Shown here one piece after another: positions 1-11,796 of a DNA stretch of 64,000 nucleotides. The notes below the pieces were generated by a model. It did not search any database and was not told the DNA's origin. It saw nothing but the letters and a program-made list of their open reading frames with translations. Source of the stretch: Nemertoderma westbladi. Lineage: Eukaryota > Animalia > Xenacoelomorpha. The stretch spans positions 62,001-126,000 of the forward strand of contig JAUCBJ010008594.1 of assembly GCA_032718475.1 (NCBI GenBank), read 5' to 3'. The translations under genes were made by a program, and so were the position numbers. Numbering within the stretch: the stretch's first letter is position 1; each line of letters opens with the position of its first letter.

Positions 1-680
1 TTATTATAACATGACTCCAAACGCCACCATAAATATAAGCTAACTTATTTATATATGTCAATTTTACATTTATTTATACAGCAACTAATATAATTTGTGC
101 ATTTTCTATTACTTATAATATATATACAATCATGTCGTAATGTTACAATTTTGTACAAACTTGTCTTGTTGCAAAGTAACTTGTTCCAAAATTGTAACAT
201 TACTCAACGCCGTTAGTTTTAAACAGCGAGTTGTTATATAGCAATTTACAACTTTTGAGGAAATTACAGCATTCTATTGGCATGTACATTTAGTATTGTA
301 TTTGGTGTTATCCGATTAGTAATGTCCCCTTAGTGGACATTGCTTAACGCCGTCATTGGTTACTACGTAAATAATAGGTAGAAATTTGCCTGACAGCCAA
401 ATAGGCCTACTGTATTACCTTCCGGTAAGCGGGGTATATCTATTAATAACCAGTTGGGCCATGACCTACTAAAGGGCCTACTACTTTAGTAGGTCATGGT
501 TGGGCCTAGCTATATTATTATATCATGGCTCCACACGCCACCATAAATATAAGCTAAACATATTTATAACATAATTTATGTCACTTTTACATTTATTTAT
601 ACAGCAACTAATTTAATTTGTCCAGTTTCTATCACTTATAATATATATACAATCATTTCGTAATGTTAAAATTTTGGAAT
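1..680. repeat. Dispersed AT-rich repeat with an internal direct duplication; reverse copy at about 44480-45630
   Basis: 1-150 resembles 515-675. 185-445 matches the reverse complement of 45355-45630, and 505-600 matches the reverse complement of 44540-44640. Confidence 0.7.
460..498. mobile_element. 39-bp TIR mini-element with CATG termini and 7-bp TSD (P-element-like)
   Basis: CATGACCTACTAAAG...CTTTAGTAGGTCATG inverted repeat, flanked by GTTGGGC at 453-459 and 499-505. The reverse-oriented copy of the host repeat near 44620-44640 has the empty site. Confidence 0.65.
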
Positions 681-691
681 AAGACTACATA

Positions 692-1959
692 CAAGAAAGG
701 CATTTCCTAAAGGAAATGCAACCACGAAGCTAAGGAAAATTAAACAAAGGGCCACAATTTGGTTTGTTGCTTAGCCGAGTTTAGTAGCATTTGCCAATAA
801 ATAACTTATATTCCCATGGAAACTAGAGTTCTATGGAACTGTTGGTTTTACCTTTGAAAAAAGATTCAGTCCAGATTGTGGTTCAGATAACACATTCCAA
901 GTTTCAGAAAATATTGTAGTTTATGTCCAAATTACCGATTTTCTATCAAAATGCATCTGTTTGCAGTGGTTGTCATGGAAACTGAAAAATAGAACAATGT
1001 AATTCGGATGCAGAATAAGTCATATAGTGGGGGTAGGTGTTGGTCCCAAGTTTTAATAGTATTAACTTGTGCTTCAAATTATCATTTTATAAATTTTAAC
1101 ATCTGTTTAGACTTGTTGCTATGGTAATTGGATTGTGTAATTAACCTCGAATGGATTGTATATGGACCTTACAGATGAGTTGCAAAACCCTACATTTATA
1201 TTTATTACATTATTTTGCTACAAATAGAGTATTGAATTTAGACTTGAATGATATAGACTTTAATAAACTCCAGTTACCATGGTAACAAGATATTTCTGGA
1301 ATGTTTTCAGTTTCACTAAAAATTCCAACTAATGATCCAGATAACACATTCCCAGTTTCGTAAAATTTTATCGCGAACTCTATGTCCAAATGAGTTATCT
1401 TTGTATACAAACATCTGTTTTCAGCGGTTGTTATGGTAACTGCAAAATTAAACAATGAAATTCGGACGCAGAATAAGTCATATAGTGGGGGTAGGGGTTG
1501 GTCCCAAGACATAACACCTTAACCTTAGGCTTCAAATTAACATTTTATAAATTTTAACATCTGTTTAGCCCGGTTGCCAAGGTAACTGGATTTTCTATTC
1601 AACCTCAATCGGCTCTGCTGCGGACCTTATAGTTGTGTTGCGAAACCCCAAGTTTATATCTATTATAGTTTTCCTACAAATAGAGTTATAAATATTGACT
1701 TGAAATACATAGACTTTTTCTAAGTCCGTTGCCATGGAAACCAGATTTTTCCTGGATATGAGACCCAGCCCAAAAGATGCGCCTCGACGAGTAGTACATA
1801 CATGCAAAATTTCAGGGTACTTTTAAAGGCTAGTTTTTTCTGGAGTCAAAAAACCCCAAATCTGCCCCATACAAGTAAAATAGCCCACTATGAATAGACC
1901 ATCTCAGCTAAGGAAAATCTTTCTTAGCGAAAGTAGTTGATTTTCCTTAGCTTCGTGGA
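692..1959 (-). mobile_element. Non-autonomous Helitron-like element, copy 1 (subtype A)
   Basis: Minus strand starts TCCACGAAG and ends with hairpin GCATTTCCT-TT-AGGAAATGC then CTTTCTTG (variant of CTAG). Inserted between A and T with no TSD. Subterminal IR CCACGAAGCTAAGGAAAAT and internal ~455-bp repeats. Confidence 0.8.
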
Positions 1960-2033
1960 TATAAAAAACTGGAAAAATCTGGAACAAAAGGAACCTATTG
2001 CTGTCTTTGTTGCAAAGTTGGATGTATCTGTAA

Positions 2034-3752
2034 CTAGAAAGGCATTTCCTAAAGGAAATGCAACCACGAAGCTAAGGAAAATTAAACACACTTTGACTCA
2101 TCAGTTCATTGGTTCTAGTTAAAAGTCATATGTCTTAATACAACTCCCATCACCATGACAACTGGCGTTTTCTAGAACTGCTCGGTTTTACATTAAGATC
2201 CAGTTTGTAGTTCCGTGACACAAATTGACTTCAAGGAAGTTTCATTGAGTAGTTGATGTCCAAAATTAAGGATGTATTTGTTAAAACATCAGTTTGCAGT
2301 GGTTGTCTTGGAAACTGATAAATATAAAAACGTTAATTGGATGCAAAATAAGTGATATAGTGGGGGTAGGGGTTTGTCCCAAGTCGTAATATCTTAATGT
2401 TATGGCTTAAGTAATTATTTTATAAATTTGAACATCTGTTTAACCTGGTTGCCTGTTTACTGAATTTTCTAATTGACCTCAATAAGCGCAACTATTGTCC
2501 TTATAATTGAGTTGAAAAATAAATATATAAATATATATCTATTATGGTTGTTGTACAAATAGAGTTAATAATATAGACTTTAATGTAATAGATTTTAAAA
2601 AATTCCAGTTACCATGGTAACTAGATATTTTTTAGAAGTTTTGAGTTTTTCAAAAAGTTCCAAATAGGAGTCCAGATAACACATTAACCCAGTTTCAGAG
2701 AATGTTATCGTTTAGTCTATGTACAAAATGAACAATTTTGTGTCACAACATCTGTTTTCAGCGGTTGCCATGGAAACTGAGAAATAGAACAACGTAATTC
2801 GGATGCAGAATAAGATATGTAGAGGGGGTAGGGCTTGGTCCCATGTCATAATACCTTTAACTTTTGCTTAAAATTATCATTTTATAAATTTTAACGTCTG
2901 TTTAGCCTGGTTGCCATGGTAACATGATTTTTTAATTTACCTCAATCTGCTCGACTATGGCCCTTATAGTTGAGTTGAGAAACCCCAAGTTTATATCTAT
3001 TGCGGTTTTTCTACAAATAGAGTTATGAATATAGACTTGAATGATATAATCTGTAATAAACTCCAGTTACCACGGTAACTAGATATTTCTGGAATGTTTT
3101 GAGTTTCACTAAAAGTTCCAACTAGTGGTCCAGATAACACATACCCAGTTTCGTAAAATTTTATCGCGAAGTCTATGTCCAAATGAGTAATTTTTGTATA
3201 AAAACATCTGTTTTCAGCGGTTGTCATGGTAACTGCAAAATAGAACAATCAAATTCGGACGCAGAATAAGTTATATAGTGGGGGTAGGGGTTGGTCCCAT
3301 GTCATAACACATTAACCTTAGGCTTCAAATTAACATTTTATAAATGTTAACATCTGTTTAGCCCGGTTGCCAAGATAACTGGATTTTCTATTTAACCTCA
3401 ATCGGCTCTACTATTAACCTTATAGTTGAATTGAGAAACCCCAAGTCTATATCTATTATAGTTTTCCTACAAATAGAGTTATAAATATTGACTTGAAATA
3501 CATAGACTTTTTTTAAGTCCGTTGCCATGGAAACCAGATTTTTCCTGGATATGAGACCCATCCCACACGACGCGCCTTGATGAGTAGTATATACATGCAA
3601 AATTTCAGGGTACTTTTAAAGGCTAGTTTTCGCTGGACTTAAAAAACACTAAATCTGCCTCACACAAGTAAAATAGCCCACTATGAATAGACCATCTCAG
3701 CTAAGGAAAATCTTTCTTAGCGAAAGTAGTTGATTTTCCTTAGCTTCGTGGA
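2034..3752 (-). mobile_element. Non-autonomous Helitron-like element, copy 2 (subtype B)
   Basis: 5'-TC...hairpin-CTAG-3' termini on the minus strand and the same subterminal IRs. Three internal ~455-bp units, marked by GGGGGTAGGG near 2360, 2825 and 3280. Confidence 0.85.
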
Positions 3753-5463
3753 CTAGAAAGGCATTTCCTTAAGGAAACGCAACCACGAAGCTAAGGAAAA
3801 TTAAACACAATTGACTCATCAGTTCATTGGTTTACCTAGTTAAAAGTCATATGTCTTAATTAAACTCCCATTACCATGGCAACTTCTATAACTGCTCGGT
3901 TTTACATTAAGATCAAGTTTGTGGTTCCAGGTGACACAAATTGACTTCAAGGAAGTTTCATTGAGTAGTTGATGTCCAAAATTAAATATGTATATTTGTT
4001 AAAACATCAGTTTGCAGTGGTTGTCTTGGAAACTGATAAATATAACAACGTTAATTGGATGCAGAATAAGTGATATAGTAGGGGTAGGGGTTGGTCTCAA
4101 GTCGTAATATCTTAATGTTATGGTTTAAATAATCATTTTATAAATTTGAACATCTGTTTAGCCTGGTTGCCCTGGTAACTAAATTTTCTAATTGACCTCA
4201 ATAAGCGCAACTATTGTCCTTATCATTGAGTTGACAAACTTCAAGTTTCGATCTATTATGGTTGTTGTACAAATAGAGTTAATAATATAGAATTTAATGT
4301 AATAGATTTTAATAAACTCCAGTTACCATGGTAACTAGATATTTCTAGAAGTTTTCAGTTTTTCAAAAAGTTCCAAATAGTAGTCCAGATAACACATACC
4401 CAGTTTCAGAGAATGTTATCGTTTAGTCTATGTACAAAATGAACAATTTTGTGTCAAAACAGCTGTTTTCAGCGGTTGCCATGCAAACTGAAATATGGAA
4501 CAATTTAAATTGGATGCGGAATTAGTGATATAGTGGGGGTAGGGATTGGTCCCAAGTCGTAATACCTTAAAGTTATGCTTCAAATAACCATTTTATAAAT
4601 TTGAACATCAGTTTAGCATGGTTGCCCTGGTAACTGGATTTTCTAATTAACCTCAATCAGCTCGACTATTGTCCTTATCATTGAGTTGAGAAACCCCAAG
4701 TTTATATCTATTGCGGTTATTCTATAAATAGAGTTATGAATATAGACTTGAATGATATAATCTGTAATAAACTCCAGTTACCACGGTAACTAGATATTTC
4801 TGGAATGTTTTGAGTTTCACTAAAAGTTCCAAATAGTGGTCTAGTTAACACACTCCAGTTTCGTAAAATTTTATCGCGAAGTATACGTCCAAATGAGTAA
4901 TTTTTGTATAAAAACATCTGTTTTCAGCTGTTGTCATGGAAACTGCAAAATAGAACAATGAAATTTGGACGCAGAATAAGTTATATAGTGGGGGTAGGGG
5001 TTGGTCCCAAGTCATAACACCTTGTCCTTAGACTTCAAATTAACATTTTATAAATTTTAACATCTGTTTATCCCAGTTGCCAAGGTAACTGGATTTTCTA
5101 TTTAAACTCAATCGGCTCTGCTATGGACCTTATAGTTGTGTTGAGAACCCAAAAGTTTATATCTATTATAGTTTTCCTACAAATAGAGTTATAAATATTG
5201 ACTTTAAATACATAGACTTTTTTCTAAGCCCGTTTCCATGGAAACCATATTTTTCCTGGATATGAGACCCAGCCCAAAAGATGCGCCTCGACGAGTAGTA
5301 TATACATGCAAAATTTCAGGGTACTTTTAAAGGCTAGTTTTTTCACCGGTCAAAAAACCCCAAATCTGCCCCATACAAGTAAAAGGGCCCACTATGAATA
5401 CACCATCTCAGCTAAGGAAAATCTTTCTTAGCGAAAGTAGTTGATTTTCCTTAGCTTCGTGGA
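3753..5463 (-). mobile_element. Non-autonomous Helitron-like element, copy 3 (subtype B), head-to-tail with copy 2
   Basis: Junction GTGGA|CTAGAAAGG at 3752/3753 with no intervening base. Same termini as the other copies. Confidence 0.85.
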
Positions 5464-5789
5464 TCAAGCTAGATGATCTGCAGGAGCACTTGGCTGAATT
5501 TGGTAGAGTACTGCAGACATGTGGATGGGGAATATACTCTGTTGACTACACAAAGGACTTTGCTGGAACCCTCGATAGGAAGGCAATAGTCAAACATCTA
5601 GTGGAAACAAAGGGTTGGAGGTTGGAAGGGACATTTCAAGCAGCATTGGAGGGTGATCAGCAAACAATTTTGGAAAACACTTCATCTGTGGGAAATCATG
5701 TGTTGACATACATCACATCTTGGGGCGGAAATACAATGAGAGTGAAGCTGTACAACAAAATTGTTTGCCAGTTTGAAGCAGGAGAAGTA

Positions 5790-6985
5790 CTAGAAAGGCA
5801 TTTCCTAAAGGAAATGCAACCACGAAGCTAAGGAAAATTAAACAAACCGCCACACTTTGGTTCGTTGCTTAGCCTAGTTTAGTAGCATTTGCCAATAATC
5901 AACTTCTATTCCCATGGAAACCGGTTCTCTGGAACTGTTGGTTTTACCTTTGAAAAAAGATTCAGTCCAGATTGTGGTTCAGATAACACATACCAAGTTT
6001 CAGAAAATATTGTAGTTTATGTCCAAATTACCGATTTTCCTTCAAAATGTATCTGTTTGCGGTGGTTGTCATGAAAACTGAAAAATAGAACAATGTAATT
6101 TGGATGCAGAATAAGTCATATAATGGGGGTAGGTCTTGGTCCCAAGTCCTAATACCATTAACTTGTGCTTCAAATTATCATTTTATAAATTTTAACATCT
6201 GTTTAGTCTTGTTGCTATGGTAACTGGATTGTGTAATTAACCTCGAACGGCTTGTATATGGACCTTATAGGTGTGTTGCAAAACCCCAAATTTATATATA
6301 TTACATTATTTTGCTACAAATAGAGTATTGAATTTAGATTTGAATGATATAGACTTTGATAAACTACAGTTACCATGGTAACTAGGTATTTCTGGAATGT
6401 TTTTTGTGTTTCACTAAAAGTTCCAACTAGTGGTCCAGATAACACATACCCAGTTTCGTAAAATTTTATCGCGAAGTCTATGTCCAAATGAGTAATTTTT
6501 GCATAAAAACATCTGTTTTCAGCGGTTGTCATGGTAACTGCAAAATAAAACAATGAAATTCGGACGCAGAATAAATTATATAGTGGGGGTAGGTGTTGGT
6601 CCCAAGTCATAACACCTTTCTATTTAACCTCAATCGGCTCTGCTATGGACCTTATAGTTGAGTTTAGAAACCCCAAGTTTATATCTATTATAGTTTCCCT
6701 ACAAATAGAGTTTTAAATATTGACTTGAAATACAGAGACTTTTTTATAAGTCCGTTTCCATGGAAACCAGATTTTTCCTGGATATGAGACCCGGCCCAAA
6801 AGATGCGCCTCGACGAGTAGTATATACATGCAAAATTTCAGGGTACTTTTAAAGGCTAGTTTTTTCTGGAGTCAAAAAACCCCAAATCTGCCCCACACAA
6901 GTAAAATAGCCCACTATGAATAGACCATCTCAGCTAAGGAAAATCTTTCTTAGCGAAAGTAGTTGATTTTCCTTAGCTACGTGGA
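5790..6985 (-). mobile_element. Non-autonomous Helitron-like element, copy 4 (subtype A)
   Basis: GAAGTA|CTAGAAAGG...CGTGGA|TTGGAG: A|T insertion, no TSD, splitting the reading frame GEV|LENF. Confidence 0.85.
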
Positions 6986-9182
6986 TTGGAGAATTTTGGA
7001 GGGCATTTGGCAGACTACGCTGATTGCAGGAACCCGGTCCTTCGGAAATCCTTAGAACATCCATTGATCCAGCAATATGGATGTACAAGAGTTGAGATAT
7101 CCCTGTACTCTATGAATTACATATCTAGAGATCTTGGTGTGGCAGTAATGAGAAGTGCATTAGAAAACATACAGCCATATGAGGGATTATTTGTACAGCA
7201 AAGTGGGAGGAATCACTGGCTAGCTCTAGCAAAAGAGCTGACAAGGTGTTGTGTCATTGCGTCGAAGACAACAGGAACAATCTACGTAGCTTGGTATGCT
7301 CACACAAGAACTGGGAAAGTTTCTGGAGTGAAGGTGCAGTGTAAGTTTGATATACACGAAAATAAACAAAGATGGGAGAAGGCTATAGTATGGAGTTGTT
7401 CAGAATTTGGATTTCTAGGTTGTCCTATATTATTTTGCTTCCAAATTATAAATCAAAATGAAATTGAAAGGGGCACGGAAATATCTCCTCTGAAATGCTA
7501 TTTCAAAGACCCCACTGCAAAAACAATACTTTGCTCATCGAAACTACCAACACAGTGTAGGTCAGTTCAAGCAAGAATTCCGTTGGAAGAAATGTTGCCA
7601 CCAACAGATTTCATAGAGTGGACATGGAGGCAAGAGCCTTGCAAATCATTGGGAACAGCAAAAATGCAATGGAAACTACTAAGAGGTGCCTGAATACTTG
7701 CAAACACATCAGGTATCTTGGTTGTCAACGTGGAAAAGAGCGCAGAGGAACATTGATATTCTAGATTATTTAGAATGTGAAAAATGGAGACAAGAGGCAC
7801 TGCAAAGAAGTGCAAGAAATCGAGAAGAAGTAGCCTTGATACACAAAAGGTTGCTGGAGTTCAAGAAAAGAAAACGACATGAAAATGAACAAAAGGAATA
7901 TGTTTTGCATCTATTGAAGCATACTCCCATACAAAAAATTTGTGAGTTGGATGGTAAGAAACCATTAAAAGTAACAGTGCTTGGATTTCGACAAGCAACT
8001 GGACCCTACCAAAGATACGAAATGTTGCTTTCAATTGATGATGAAATTTCCAAGATATATTCTAACCGAGGCTTGGAGTGTGTTTTAGATGAATTGAGAG
8101 ATGCTTTTCACAGAGCCCAAGAGCAAAAAACAAGATAAATTTATTTTTTGGTTGACGGAGCGCTGGAAATTGAAATTCAAGCACCCAAACAGTTCAATAA
8201 TGAGCAGCAGCAGTTAATCATTTGGTATCCAATTAAATTATTGAGAAGCCCAATTGAAGGCGAACAACAAAATATACAAGAAATATTGAAGAAAGTCGAA
8301 AATGAATATGAGAAGGCCAAGTCCATGTGTTTGGTTGAATATCCTGCAAAGGAAAAGAGGAGTGTGAGAAAAGTGCTTGAATTGGAAGAAGGTGAGTATA
8401 AATGTATAGCATACTGGAACCAGAACTATAGGGGAAAAGTGCGTCATATATTATACTTGCAGGATAAAGCTGGTGAATCGGCAAGACCAGTGTATGGCTA
8501 TTTCTCGCAGAAAGAAGTTGAGGAAATGCATTGTGATTTGTCCACAGTGCTTTCTCTATTGCTAGTGAAAGTTGGAAGAACAAAGACAACACCACAGAAG
8601 AACAAGGATAGAATCACCACTTTAGCACACACTCTGTATAGCACAACAACCATATCAGAGCCCTAGGTTTAGCACGACAGTGATAATTGTATACTCAACT
8701 TATGTACAGTAGGCCTACATAAACTGAAACTGATGAGTCCATTTTGCCTATTAAATAAAAGTGGTACATACTGCACATATATGCAACAGACACCATCTGA
8801 TGAAGAAAGCAATATAGTCCGATTCAAAAAATGCATACAGAGTGTTTTGTATTACGAGTGGTAAGGCGACCTTTCTATATGGTTTGGGGGATACGGTTGG
8901 TATATGGCAGTTGGGGGGAAAAGGTCATGTTATGGCGGGGAAAGTATTTTGACCACCAAAAATGGTATTTTGCAAACACAAAATCTTAGCAGGTTAAATA
9001 TTTTGGCAACTATGCATTACATAGATGCATGCGAAAAAGTTACGAAAAAATGGCAAGAAAGAGACCCAATAAAGCCTGGCAAAATGCAGAGAAATGTCGA
9101 AAATGTTGCTAAAAAGTGCTAAATTTTGAAAAATGCCAAATCAAACCCCCCAAACCATTGCAAAATACTGAAAAATTCTGAA

Positions 9183-9442
9183 CATTTTCCCCCAAATCAT
9201 GCGTTTTAGAGGCTTTTTGTCAAGCAACGGACTTGGCAAAAGAGACATTTTCCCCCAAATCACGTATTTTAGAGGCTTTTTGCCAAGCAACGGACTTGGC
9301 AAAAGAGACATTTTCCCCCAAATCAAGCGTTTTAGAGGCTTTTTGCCAAGCAACGGACTTGGCAAAAGATACATTTTCACCCAAATCATGCGTTTTAGAG
9401 GCTTTTTGCCAAGCAACGGACTTGGCAAAAGGACATTTTCCC
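9183..9442. repeat. 63-bp tandem repeat, about 4 copies
   Basis: ACTTGGCAAAA recurs at 9231, 9294, 9357 and 9420, giving a 21-aa periodicity in the overlapping ORFs. Confidence 0.9.
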
Positions 9443-10364
9443 TGAAACACCCGTTTCAGTATAGAGGCGCCCTACGCCTCTGAGTTCCGTTTTTCTCTGC
9501 ATTTCTGTGCAGTTTCGAAAAGCGGAGTAAGTTTACAACATAACGAGAATGCCAAATCAAACCCCCAAACCATTGCAACATACTGAAAAATGATGAAAAT
9601 GATGTGCAAAAGGGACATTTCCCCCAAAAACACGCGTTTGTAATTGATTTTGATTTGATTTATATTATAGTATTATATTTGTATTTGATTTTCATTACAG
9701 AAAAGCCAGAAAGCCTTGTATGAAGTTTCGGAGATTTTGCATGGCGTCCTCGATGCTGACCATCTGAAACCGTTGGTGCTGATTATAGTGGTCGGTACAG
9801 ACTCCAAGGATTCCAACTTCCAGCGTTCTTGCGTAGGGAGTTCTCTTTATGGCTGTTATAATCCCCGCCACCTCCCACTCGTAGAAGTCACGCACCGCGG
9901 ACGGATCCTGTGCTCTTTTGGGGCCACATGTGCTGGTAGACAACTTGGTATTCTGGGGTTGGGACACGTGGACGTAGTTGACTGCAGTCGGGGAGGGAAA
10001 CCCTTCCTGTGCTCCGTGATTTTTCTGGTTGTATTGGTCTGAAAGGAGAAAGTAGGAATTTTGCTATACCTCAACCTCCGAAGAAATGTTTGCCTATTTT
10101 TATGGACACACGTGAAAACACTCTTCATTTTATTCTCATTTTTGAATGTACCTTTATTGCAGCTCTGAAGCCATCAAACAATGAATATAGTCCCGTGTCA
10201 AGGACGAATAATAGGCCTACGTCAATCGAATATCCTTTTTCAACCTATCAAAAAAATAACTTTACTATAAAGAGATTTGAAAAGATTGTTGCCGAAATCC
10301 AAAGGGTGGCTTACCGTGAACAACGATGTCATTTTCGTCTTGCTGTAACACGACGACTGTTATC

Positions 10365-11796
10365 GGCACCACTGTGGAGTGGGTCACCATTTTAATTTTT
10401 TTTTATTGTGTATTTTAACCGATATTATAAGTGTACTAAGTTTATTTAAATATTGTTTCCAACTACAACACAATTCTAGAATGTTTATATTCATTTCATA
10501 TTTTAAAGATTCATTTGTGTTTTTTGACATTATGAGTACAAACATTCAAAGACATTTATATTCGAGACAGTCCACTGATTTAAATATTATAGAAATTTCC
10601 CAAAATTTAAAAGATGAGGGGAGTGCGATAACATTTGCACAATCCTGTGGCCTGTTACCCATACCCACTAGTAAAAGTTCTTGCAAACATGTTGGTTGTA
10701 GCTACTCTGCCCACATTTGTAGACGTACAAAACACGGAGGTACTTGTCTAATGTGGCGTTGTAAAGGGCCACAAAGACACCAATTATCGGCAAGAAACGG
10801 GACGTGGTTTGGTGCATCTAAACTACTAGTATCCCAGATTCTATGGATTACGTTTATGTTTCTTCAAGACATTACTTTGAACACAGCACACCTGATGCTC
10901 AATGGAATGATCGGAGGAATCAACGACCATACATTCGTTGATTGGCATAATTTCATTCGGGAACTAATGAATAGTGACATGCATAACGCTGAGCCAATGG
11001 GGGGAGTTGGGATGACAGTCCAGATCGACGAATCGATCTTTCGCGGTAAGCGTAAGTATAACCGTGGGAGGAAGCTGCTCGGGGATGTAACAAGAAGGAG
11101 AAAGATCTACAATAAACGAGTCAAAAAGATCTACAATAAACGAGTCGGTCAATTCAATACATCGGCAAGGAATTATGGTAAACGGGTAAATGGACCGTGG
11201 ATTTTCGGAATTGTATGTAAATCCCCAGGTGGCCAAGTGGATGTCCGATTGTTTTATGTTCAACGTCGAAACATGCTGACCTTACGCCCAATAGTGGAAG
11301 CCAACGTTAAAGGAGGGACCCTAATCCATAGTGACGAGAGGGCCGCTTACTGTGGTAAGACTGTGGGAATCACTAGCAAGACAAGGCCATGGAGGGCCCT
11401 CGATGGCAGCGGCAAGTATTTACACGAAAGTGTGAACCATAGTATCAAAGGCAAAGGCCGATTTGTGAACGTTGTCACGGGCGCCCATACGCAGCGGATT
11501 GAAGGAATATGGTCCCACGCCAAAACAACGATCATGAGGAAAAAGAGGGGAACGAAGAACTTGTTGCTCGAAAACCATCTCGCCGAGTTTCGTTGGAGGA
11601 TGCTGCACAAAGTTTCTCCATTTACTGATTTAATCGATTTAATCAAGAAATCATTCCCTACACAGTGACTCAAGCAACATTTCAAATTCACTTATTCTAA
11701 TAAACAAAACTAATGTTTATAGTGTGTGTAAAAAATAGTAAATATATAATTGTATAAAATTAAAAAATAAATGGTGACCCACTCCACAGTGGTGCC
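10365..11796 (+). mobile_element. Merlin (IS1016/ISXO2-like) DNA transposon
   Basis: Perfect TIR GGCACCACTGTGGAGTGGGTCACCATTT at 10365 and its reverse complement ending at 11796, enclosing a transposase. Confidence 0.92.
10532..11668 (+). CDS. Merlin/IS1595-type DDE transposase
   Basis: N-terminal Cys/His zinc motif, VQIDES, RKYNRGR, WIFG, IHSDE, VNHS...FV...TGAHTQRIEGIW. Uninterrupted frame; likely ATG at 10532. Confidence 0.9.
   Translation: MSTNIQRHLYSRQSTDLNIIEISQNLKDEGSAITFAQSCGLLPIPTSKSSCKHVGCSYSAHICRRTKHGGTCLMWRCKGPQRHQLSARNGTWFGASKLLVSQILWITFMFLQDITLNTAHLMLNGMIGGINDHTFVDWHNFIRELMNSDMHNAEPMGGVGMTVQIDESIFRGKRKYNRGRKLLGDVTRRRKIYNKRVKKIYNKRVGQFNTSARNYGKRVNGPWIFGIVCKSPGGQVDVRLFYVQRRNMLTLRPIVEANVKGGTLIHSDERAAYCGKTVGITSKTRPWRALDGSGKYLHESVNHSIKGKGRFVNVVTGAHTQRIEGIWSHAKTTIMRKKRGTKNLLLENHLAEFRWRMLHKVSPFTDLIDLIKKSFPTQ

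Larger units (their letters stand above)
1960..8666 (+). pseudogene. Interrupted intronless ORF (segments 1960-2033, 5464-5789, 6986-8666), putative Rep_trans/phage gpII-like rolling-circle initiator with an unknown C-terminal region
   Basis: Joined segments read in one frame: IKNWKNLEQKEPIAVFVAKLDVSVI-KLDDLQEHLAEF...FEAGEV-LENFGGHL. Motifs SVDYTKD, LTY, RVKLYNK and TRVEISL. Later frameshift near 7690 and stop at 8136-8138. The ORF is well supported; the family is an inference. Confidence 0.55.

Noticed and set aside
1210-6610. Recurrent short minus-strand ORFs (e.g. 1210-1512, 2997-3248, 6314-6610)
   Set aside because: They lie in the internal repeats of the non-autonomous elements, vary in start and stop between copies and show no RepHel motifs.
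692-6985. The four insertions as spliceosomal introns of the Rep-like ORF
   Set aside because: Boundaries are CT/CA...GA on the coding strand, not GT...AG. Frame restoration follows simply from TSD-less insertion.
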